A stretch of DNA of 64,000 nucleotides from positions 3,124 through 67,123 of the forward strand of contig JAJYGF010000004.1 of NCBI GenBank assembly GCA_021785125.1. Reading direction: 5' to 3'. The position numbers and the translations under genes were made by a program. Of the stretch, positions 57,036-64,000 are shown piece after piece. Under the pieces are notes generated by a model. The model had not been told where the DNA came from and did no database searches. It saw nothing but the letters and a program-made list of their open reading frames with translations. Numbering within the stretch: the stretch's first letter is position 1; the number at the start of each line of letters is the position of its first letter. Origin of the DNA: a bacterium (GTDB taxonomy: Bacteria > Patescibacteriota > Minisyncoccia > Moranbacterales > UBA2206).

Positions 57036-58049
57036 ATGCCCGAACTAAATCAAAACACAGAAATCAAAATAGATAGGTATATTATTCCTTGGGATGTTTC
57101 TATTACCAAAAATCCGGATGATGAAACATTTGAAATAATCGCAGAATTCCAAAAAAAATTCCTATCCTTGCCTGGATCTGTTCAGGATAAGCTAGTTTCA
57201 AAAAAAACCGGTGAAAAAATCCAAAGCATCGGCATGAACTTTGGTTTAAGCATGCCTCAAATAGCCAATATTGCCCGCGCTGTCAGAAGCTATTATTTCG
57301 GCGAATTAAAATTGGAAGACCTGCCGTTTTATTTGGCCAAAGAAATCCCCATCGACTTATCTAAAGCTCAAGAAATTTCAAGAATGGTTATTGAAAAAAT
57401 CATCAATGACCGGTCCATTGAGCAAGCCCGCCAGGCCGAATTAGAAAGTACAACGCTTTCTGACGCATTGAAAAAATATCCGGAAATCGGCGAACAGCTC
57501 ATCACTTCCGATCGAATCAACATCAAAAGCTTTCCTGAGCCAGCAAGACCATCGATCAAGAATTGGCTGGCGGACTACACTTTCGTCCTCGGATACGGCA
57601 CCCATGACGCCATCGCCAGGGCCAATTATATGTTCCAAGGCACCAATGCCAGAAACCTGGCTTCCACTGATCGGGAAAGATTGGCCTATATCTTGAAATC
57701 ATATGATGAAAACACATTGGTCACCGTGGATAAGAATGAGAAAAAGATTGTTTTTCCGACATCCGACAAGAGACAAGAACCGCCAAGGTCGGACCTTGGC
57801 CAGGCAAATGACAACTCGAAGGTCCGACCTTTGAACATTCCCCAAGCGCCATCAAGGTCGGACCTTGAAACCGCTTCGACCACCAAAATCAGCTATTCTT
57901 CGCCGCAGAAATTGCCGTATGAAAAAATGAGAACACAGCAACAGCCGTACCGCATAACGCCGATATATGGACAACAGAAAAAAGAAGAGCCGAAGAAAGA
58001 CGAGAGAATCCTGAATAAAAATGTCGTAGACCTGAGAGATAGTATGTAA
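57036..58049 (+). CDS. hypothetical protein (T4SS-like cluster)
   Basis: 337 aa, soluble, repeated PPRSDLGQA / PSRSDLETA motif. Confidence 0.45.
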   Translation: MPELNQNTEIKIDRYIIPWDVSITKNPDDETFEIIAEFQKKFLSLPGSVQDKLVSKKTGEKIQSIGMNFGLSMPQIANIARAVRSYYFGELKLEDLPFYLAKEIPIDLSKAQEISRMVIEKIINDRSIEQARQAELESTTLSDALKKYPEIGEQLITSDRINIKSFPEPARPSIKNWLADYTFVLGYGTHDAIARANYMFQGTNARNLASTDRERLAYILKSYDENTLVTVDKNEKKIVFPTSDKRQEPPRSDLGQANDNSKVRPLNIPQAPSRSDLETASTTKISYSSPQKLPYEKMRTQQQPYRITPIYGQQKKEEPKKDERILNKNVVDLRDSM

Positions 58050-58095
58050 TTTTAAATTTGAAATTTAAAATTTTGAATCAATTTTCAATTTATAA

Positions 58096-58461
58096 ATGAC
58101 TGAATATTCCGAAAAATACGACTTGGAAACAAGAACGTCAAAATTCAGCGGTGAAATAATATTATTTATTAAAAGTTTAAATAAAGATATAATAAACGCG
58201 CCCTTAATAAGCCAGTTGATCAGATCCGCGACTAGTATTGGCGCGAATTACTGCGAAGCAAATGGAGCCAGTTCGAAAAAAGATTTTCACAATAAAATAT
58301 ACATTTGTAAAAAAGAATGCAAGGAAACAAAATACTGGCTAGAACTACTTGCAAAAGCAAACCAAGACAAAAAAGACAAATGCAGAGAGCTTTGGAAAGA
58401 AGCTCAGGAACTGACCCTGATATTTTCTAAAATTGCATTAACATTAAAAAACAAGAAGTGA
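58096..58461 (+). CDS. four-helix-bundle protein (23S rRNA intervening-sequence protein family)
   Basis: SATSIGANYCEAN...SKKDFHNKIYICKKECKETKYWLELL matches the family pattern; flanked both sides by AATTTAAAATTT-type repeats. Confidence 0.65.
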   Translation: MTEYSEKYDLETRTSKFSGEIILFIKSLNKDIINAPLISQLIRSATSIGANYCEANGASSKKDFHNKIYICKKECKETKYWLELLAKANQDKKDKCRELWKEAQELTLIFSKIALTLKNKK

Positions 58462-58523
58462 TTTAAAATTTAGTAATTTGAATTTCATTTTAAATTTTAA
58501 ATTTAAAATTTCAAATTTGATCC

Positions 58524-58937
58524 ATGGCTCTGTTCAACATTCCACAATTCATCGACATCGAAGACAAGATCGTCGGGCCGCTGACCGCCAAGCAATTGGG
58601 CTGGCTGGCGGCCGGAGGAGTCGTCCTGCTCGTCCTTTGGAGCATGCTGGACATGTCCGCTTTCATCATGGCGGCGCTCATCGTCGGATTCATCTTCGGG
58701 ATGCTGGCTTTTTACCGCCCCAATAACCAATCATTGCTGGTCTATATCCTTTCGGTCTTTTCTTTTTTTACCAAACCGAAAATGTATGTCTGGATACGGG
58801 TTCCCGAGATTGAAAAAGCCAAGAAGAAAGCCGTTGTCAAGAAGATGCAGGCCGCAACAGCCGCACCAAAAGGGATAAATGAGAATAAGATAGAAGAAAT
58901 AACCGATTTGCTCAGCAAATCGAATTTAAAATTTTAA
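58524..58937 (+). CDS. PrgI/VirB3-like small membrane protein
   Basis: FIDIEDKIVGPLTAKQLGWLAAGGVVLLVLW two-TM pattern typical of PrgI family upstream of VirB4. Confidence 0.45.
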   Translation: MALFNIPQFIDIEDKIVGPLTAKQLGWLAAGGVVLLVLWSMLDMSAFIMAALIVGFIFGMLAFYRPNNQSLLVYILSVFSFFTKPKMYVWIRVPEIEKAKKKAVVKKMQAATAAPKGINENKIEEITDLLSKSNLKF

Positions 58938-58960
58938 ATTTATAATTTTAAATTTCCCGA

Positions 58961-59647
58961 ATGGAAACATTGCATTCGAAAAAAATAACCAAACCGACCA
59001 CAACTGCCGCCTCGCAGCAGTTTTTGGATGTGGCCGAGATCAAGGAAGATGTGGTCGTTCTGAAAAGCGGATCGTTCCGTTCGATCCTGGCGGTTTCCGC
59101 CATCAATTTCGACCTGAAATCTTCCGACGAACAGGAGGCGATCATCAATCAATACCAAAATTTTCTCAATTCCTTGGATTTTCCAATCCAAGTCTTGGTC
59201 AGTTCGCGCAAACTGAACATCGACAAATACCTCGAATTCATCGAAGAAAAAGAAAAGCAGCAGAACAACGAGCTCTTGAAGCTCCAGGTTTCCGAATACA
59301 AGAATTTTATCGGGCAGCTGGTGGAAGTTTCCAACATCATGGACAAAAATTTCTACATCGTCGTCCCGTTCTCTCCGGTGGAAAACAAAGAGAAAGGGTT
59401 TTTTTCCAATATCCTGAGCACGTTCAATCCGAAAAAAAACATCCTCGAGAAACGAGAAAATTTCGAAACCTACAAAAGCCAGCTTTTCCAGCGCATCGAC
59501 CACATCACCGCTTCGCTTTCCGGCATCGGCTTGCGCATCGCTCCGCTCAAGACCCAAGAACTGATCGAATTGATATATAACTCATACAATCCGAACCTGT
59601 ATCTGGATACGCAGTTGGGGGATGTGGAGAAATTGGAATTAAAATAA
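58961..59647 (+). CDS. hypothetical protein (T4SS-like cluster)
   Basis: 228 aa; segment VVVLKSGSFRSILAVSAINFDLKSSDEQEAI loosely resembles VirB4 N-terminal region. Confidence 0.4.
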   Translation: METLHSKKITKPTTTAASQQFLDVAEIKEDVVVLKSGSFRSILAVSAINFDLKSSDEQEAIINQYQNFLNSLDFPIQVLVSSRKLNIDKYLEFIEEKEKQQNNELLKLQVSEYKNFIGQLVEVSNIMDKNFYIVVPFSPVENKEKGFFSNILSTFNPKKNILEKRENFETYKSQLFQRIDHITASLSGIGLRIAPLKTQELIELIYNSYNPNLYLDTQLGDVEKLELK

Positions 59648-59769
59648 TTTTAAATTATAAATTTAAAATTTTAAGTCAATTTTAACTGACCAAATTAATA
59701 AATTTTAAAATTTAAATATTCGGATTTCATTTTAAATTTAAAATTGAAAAATTTAAAATTTTAGTTACT

Positions 59770-61620
59770 ATGTTTGATTTTCTAAACAAAAATAAAAATG
59801 CGGCGGCTCCGGCCAAAAAAGCGCCTGCGGACAAAGAGGCTCAGGATGAGATTTTGCAGTCGGAAAAATATTACCAGGAAGGCGTGGCCAAGCTGCAAGA
59901 CCTGATCGCGCCGGCCGCCATCCAAGTCGCGCCGAAATATATCCGCGTCGGAGAAACTTTGGCACAGACCATTTTTGTCGTCACATATCCTCGCTATCTG
60001 CACAGCAATTGGTTCTCGCCGATCATCAACATCGACATGCCGATCGACATTTCCATGTTTATCCATCCGATCGACACTTATGACATCCTGAAAACCTTGA
60101 AAAAAAGCGCGACCCAGGTCCAATCCAGATCGCACATGGAGGAAGAAAAAGGCATGATCCGCGATCCGTCCCTCGAAACCGCCATCCAGGATATCGAAGA
60201 TCTTCGCGACAAGCTCCAGCAAGGGACTGAAAAATTTTTCCGCTTCGGTTTGTATATCACCGTATATGGACAGGACGAAAAAGAACTCTATAAATCCGCC
60301 AAAAGCATCGAGTCAATTTTGGAAGCGCAATTGGTCTATGTAAAGCCGTCCATCTTCAAAACGGAGCAAGGATTCAATTCGACCATACCTCTTGCGAACG
60401 ATGAGCTGGATATCGGGACCAGCATGAATTCCGCGCCGCTTTCCACCACTTTTCCTTTCGTTTCGTCTTCACTTTCCAACGACGAAGGCATCTTGTACGG
60501 CATCAACCGCCACAACAACAGCCTGATCCTGTTCGACCGGTTCAAGATGGAAAACGCCAACATGGTCGTCTTCGCCAAATCCGGCGCCGGAAAAAGCTAC
60601 ACGGTCAAACTGGAAGTCCTGCGCTCAATGATGGTCGGAACGGACGTCATCATCATCGATCCGGAAAATGAATACAAGCATCTTTGCGAAACGGTCGGCG
60701 GCACATTTTTGAAAATATCTCTGAATTCGGACAACCACCTGAATCCTTTCGACCTGCCGAAAGTCCAGGAAGACGAGGATCCGGAAGACATCCTGCGCAA
60801 CAATATCGCCAATCTCTTGGGTCTTTTGCACATCATGCTGGGCGGCATCACGCCGGAAGAAGATGCTATTTTGGACCGGGCCGTGCATGAGACATACGCT
60901 ATCCGCGACATTACGCCGCAGGCCAATTTCAACGCCCTGTCCAAAGAATCTTTTCCGACCATGTCCGACCTATATCAAGTTTTGCGCAACATGGAAGGCG
61001 GGGAAGACCTGGCCACCCGCATGGAAAAATACACCGAGGGCGTCTTTTCGGGATTTTTGAATCACACGACCAACATCAAAGCTGACAACCAGCTGGTGGT
61101 CTTCAACATCCGCGACATGGAGGAAGAATTGCGCCCGATCGCCATGTACATCGTCCTGCAGTTCATTTGGAACGAGATGCGCACCAATCTGAAGAGGCGG
61201 TTGGTCCTGGCCGATGAAGCCTGGGTGATGATGAAATATGACGATGCCGCGTCCTTTCTCTTCGGAATTGCGAAACGATGCCGAAAATATTATACTGGAC
61301 TTACGACCATCACACAGGACGTCAATGACTTCTTGTCCTCCCGCTACGGAAAACCGATCGTGACCAACTCTTCCATCCAGCTCCTCCTGAAACAGTCGCC
61401 GGCCGCGATTGATGTGATTGCTGAAACATTTTATCTGACTGATCAGGAAAAATTCTTATTATTGGAAAGCAATGTGGGCGAGGGCATCTTCTTTGCCGGC
61501 ACCAAGCATGTGGCCATCAAAGTCATCGCCTCATACAGCGAAGACCAGATCATCACGACCGATCCGGCCCAGCTTCTGGAAATCGAAAAAGCCAAAAAAG
61601 AATTTTCTGATGAAGAATAG
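59770..61620 (+). CDS. VirB4/TrbE/PrgJ-like T4SS ATPase
   Basis: N-terminal VirB4-type domain (YIRVGETLAQTIFVVTYPRYL), Walker A FAKSGAGKSYTVK, Walker B RLVLADEAW. Confidence 0.8.
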   Translation: MFDFLNKNKNAAAPAKKAPADKEAQDEILQSEKYYQEGVAKLQDLIAPAAIQVAPKYIRVGETLAQTIFVVTYPRYLHSNWFSPIINIDMPIDISMFIHPIDTYDILKTLKKSATQVQSRSHMEEEKGMIRDPSLETAIQDIEDLRDKLQQGTEKFFRFGLYITVYGQDEKELYKSAKSIESILEAQLVYVKPSIFKTEQGFNSTIPLANDELDIGTSMNSAPLSTTFPFVSSSLSNDEGILYGINRHNNSLILFDRFKMENANMVVFAKSGAGKSYTVKLEVLRSMMVGTDVIIIDPENEYKHLCETVGGTFLKISLNSDNHLNPFDLPKVQEDEDPEDILRNNIANLLGLLHIMLGGITPEEDAILDRAVHETYAIRDITPQANFNALSKESFPTMSDLYQVLRNMEGGEDLATRMEKYTEGVFSGFLNHTTNIKADNQLVVFNIRDMEEELRPIAMYIVLQFIWNEMRTNLKRRLVLADEAWVMMKYDDAASFLFGIAKRCRKYYTGLTTITQDVNDFLSSRYGKPIVTNSSIQLLLKQSPAAIDVIAETFYLTDQEKFLLLESNVGEGIFFAGTKHVAIKVIASYSEDQIITTDPAQLLEIEKAKKEFSDEE

Positions 61621-61636
61621 TTTTATATAAAAATAT

Positions 61637-62155
61637 ATGGCCTCTCCCGAACAACATGCCAGCAATTTGAAAGCCGCGCGTGCCATAGGCAGCATTAGGA
61701 ACGCAAAAAATACCGCAAAGAATGCGAAGAAAAACATCAAGGCGGCTGTGAATATCGGCGCACTGATGACATACATCGATCCGTTCATGGATTGGCTGTT
61801 CGGCATCGCCCTGGTTTTCGCCATCATCAAAGACGTTCTAAATTATGTTCTCACTGCATTGATCGCAGCTGGTGGAATAGGCGAACTTTTAATCATCCTA
61901 TTTACCATAATATGTTCAATAGCCATAGGATTCATTATGCTACTGACTGGATCAAATGGAAAAACCAAATCCGCCAAGGCATTATCAAGATTTTTAGTTT
62001 TACTGTTTGGCAGCTTTTTAGAAACCATTCCCGGAGTGGATTTATTCCCATTTGAAACATTTTCTGTTATTATCATCGTTTGGATGACGCTGGTTGAAAG
62101 AAAAAGAGCGGCGGAAGAAGGCGGCGGGATGGAGCCCGAGCCGGCCGTTGCCTAG
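61637..62155 (+). CDS. hypothetical membrane protein (3-4 TM), basic N-terminus
   Basis: 172 aa; directly downstream of VirB4-like gene. Confidence 0.45.
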   Translation: MASPEQHASNLKAARAIGSIRNAKNTAKNAKKNIKAAVNIGALMTYIDPFMDWLFGIALVFAIIKDVLNYVLTALIAAGGIGELLIILFTIICSIAIGFIMLLTGSNGKTKSAKALSRFLVLLFGSFLETIPGVDLFPFETFSVIIIVWMTLVERKRAAEEGGGMEPEPAVA

Positions 62156-62161
62156 ACAAAA

Positions 62162-62821
62162 ATGCGAAAAATAAAAACCCTACAACTTATTCTGCCTTGG
62201 AAAACGGAAGTTATCAGCTCCGCGGTCATCTTTTTGAGCCTGTTTTTGGTTTATCTGTTTCCGGTCGCCGACATTTTCCAGAATTTCAACCGCAGCCTGT
62301 TTTTCATGGCCATCCTGCCTTTTTTATATATCAAATTCGTCCTGAAAAAAAACTTGTCCGATTACGGCTTCAATTTGGATAACAAAAAAACAGGTTTCTT
62401 CTGGGCGGCCGCCATGTTCGCGGTTTCCTTCGGAACAGTCCTCGTGTTGATCCAATTCGCCGGTTTCGACAAAAAATACACCATTCCGTCCTATATCGCC
62501 GACAATTTTTGGATCTTTTTGGTCTATGAATTGCTCCTTATCAATTTCCAGATATTTATCAATGAATTTTTTTTCCGCGGATTCTTACTTTTCAGCTTTA
62601 TGGAAAAAATCGGATATTGGTCGATCGCCATTCAGGCTTTGGTCTACATTCTCTTTGCCGCAAGCGCCATAGGTTTTTCTTGGAACATCACGCCATTTAT
62701 CATAATGTCTGTTACCGGCGGGATCGTCGCCTACAGAAGCAGAAGCTTCCTGTATTCATATTTCATGAGCCTGTTTTTCATGATCATCCTGGATGCGTAC
62801 ATAATCCATTTATATAAATAA
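62162..62821 (+). CDS. CPBP-family intramembrane metalloprotease (CAAX protease/Abi-like)
   Basis: NEFFFRGFLLFSF = EExxxR-type motif 1 region; polytopic. Confidence 0.6.
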   Translation: MRKIKTLQLILPWKTEVISSAVIFLSLFLVYLFPVADIFQNFNRSLFFMAILPFLYIKFVLKKNLSDYGFNLDNKKTGFFWAAAMFAVSFGTVLVLIQFAGFDKKYTIPSYIADNFWIFLVYELLLINFQIFINEFFFRGFLLFSFMEKIGYWSIAIQALVYILFAASAIGFSWNITPFIIMSVTGGIVAYRSRSFLYSYFMSLFFMIILDAYIIHLYK

Positions 62822-62827
62822 TCCGCT

Positions 62828-64000
62828 ATGAAAATTTTCAAAAAAATATTCGCCGTGAGCTTGGTCGCCGCACTCCTGGTCATGAACGTGCGTTCGGCTT
62901 ACGCTGACGCCCTATCCGATCCGAAAGCGGCCGCCCAACAAGCCATGCAGGGCATCATGCAGATGTTCGGCACCAACCAAGCCGAGGTGCAGAACCTCGT
63001 CCAAACTGCCAATGTTTATTCCCAGAAAGGCACGCCGCCGCAAGTCGCGTTGACCTTCACCCCGGACAATCCAACACCGGGCGAAAAGGTGACCGCCACT
63101 GCCGCGCCGTCTTATTTCTACAACGACGCGTCAAGATTGTATTATACCTGGTACATAAAACATAACAATGGAGATGGCATAAAAAGCGAGTATGATCCAT
63201 TTTTTGGAAAAAATATTGATTGTGATGGCAAAGGTAACTGCGATCTTAATAATGACGGTCAAATAGATATTGAGGATTACAAGATCGAAGCCATGCGCAC
63301 CATGGTCAACGGCGGATTCGATTGGAATACGGTTTTGGGCACAGACAGTCCGAATTGCTCAACAAGTTCCGCCAACAATCCGTCCTACTGCACGCAGAAT
63401 GACATGTATAACAGCAGCAATAATTCCAATTTTGATGAAAAAAAAGCAGGTTACCAAGCCGCCTGGGGCGGTGACGACCAGCGCGGAAAAAACGCCCACT
63501 GCTTCGTCCAAAATGTCCAGACCGGAAATCAATATGAGATAAACTGCGACCAACATCTGTTTCCAAGCGCCCCGAAAGATACGACCGGCGACGGACATTT
63601 CACGCTCAATGAAGAAAAATTCTGGCACACGGATCCTTCGGCTTCCGACACGTCCGGCGCCGGTACGGTTGATGAGGCCACGGTTGCCGGATTGGGCAAG
63701 AACGCTTTTTCGTGGAACTATCAGCCGGGCGACCAAGTGGGCGTCGTAGTTGAAGGCGTTTCACCGGCCGCCACTCAAAACGCCGATTCTTCATATCGGA
63801 CCATGTTTGCCATGCCGAACGGCGTTTGCACGGATTCCGGAGGAAATAATCTGGTCGATAATGTCCCTTTGACAGGAAAAAGTACGAACACCAGCGAGAC
63901 GATCGACCCGCTTTCGGGCGAAAGGATAGACGCCGTCGCCACAACCAACCTGTTCAAACAGTCCGACACCGAATATCTGCAAAAAACCGGTGTGCTTTTC
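62828..64000 (+). CDS. large secreted protein (5' complete, 3' end beyond window)
   Basis: ATG 62828, signal peptide MKIFKKIFAVSLVAALLVMNVRSAYA, frame open for 391 codons to the window end; absent from ORF track because no stop is reached. Confidence 0.5.
   Translation, partial: MKIFKKIFAVSLVAALLVMNVRSAYADALSDPKAAAQQAMQGIMQMFGTNQAEVQNLVQTANVYSQKGTPPQVALTFTPDNPTPGEKVTATAAPSYFYNDASRLYYTWYIKHNNGDGIKSEYDPFFGKNIDCDGKGNCDLNNDGQIDIEDYKIEAMRTMVNGGFDWNTVLGTDSPNCSTSSANNPSYCTQNDMYNSSNNSNFDEKKAGYQAAWGGDDQRGKNAHCFVQNVQTGNQYEINCDQHLFPSAPKDTTGDGHFTLNEEKFWHTDPSASDTSGAGTVDEATVAGLGKNAFSWNYQPGDQVGVVVEGVSPAATQNADSSYRTMFAMPNGVCTDSGGNNLVDNVPLTGKSTNTSETIDPLSGERIDAVATTNLFKQSDTEYLQKTGVLF

Noticed and set aside
58961-59647. 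Possibility that VirB4 is split/frameshifted, with 58961-59647 as its N-terminal half
   Set aside because: The 59770-61620 ORF already begins with a VirB4-type N-terminal region and there is a 120-bp repeat-filled spacer between them. Kept as a separate hypothetical protein.

Overview
Compact, gene-dense bacterial window with almost no non-coding space. Genes include rplS, rpsA, rpsO-pnp, uvrB, gyrA, pcrA/uvrD, ftsH, tilS, trpS, RNase J, cca, ksgA, lspA, comM and xerD. Twelve tRNA genes all lie on the minus strand and none encodes a 3' CCA; a CCA-adding enzyme gene sits among them. The first tRNA operon contains a tRNA-Phe(GAA) split by a ~241-nt ORF-less group I intron in the anticodon loop. 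The most striking signals are listed below.

- An O-antigen-ligase-like membrane protein gene (22128-23672) carries at least 9 copies of a perfect 16-bp palindrome, TGTTCCACGTGGAACA. The palindrome is stop-free in all six frames, and the ORF stays open through every copy.
- A VirB4 / VirB6(TrbL)-like / PrgI(VirB3)-like T4SS-type cluster spans 55190-62160. Every intergenic spacer in it is made of AATTTAAAATTT-type AT repeats, and a four-helix-bundle (23S-IVS family) gene is inserted within it.
- A GIY-YIG nuclease gene (54283-54537) is bracketed exactly by perfect 19-bp inverted repeats. A related 20-bp inverted-repeat pair (50160/50264, sharing the core GCACTAACTTT) places the start codon of a secreted-protein gene inside a long hairpin.
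- A ~77-100-bp terminator-plus-promoter cassette occurs twice in direct orientation, once in front of each of two tandem toxin-antitoxin-like modules (an AbiEii-like pair and an MNT/HEPN pair). Both modules look leaderless.
- An archaeal-type cupin phosphoglucose isomerase is present.
- Heptanucleotide tandem repeats sit inside the pcrA and lspA coding sequences.
- A ~700-bp ORF-free, hairpin-rich region lies at 42850-43580.

Product calls are from motif recognition by eye. No database searches were run.
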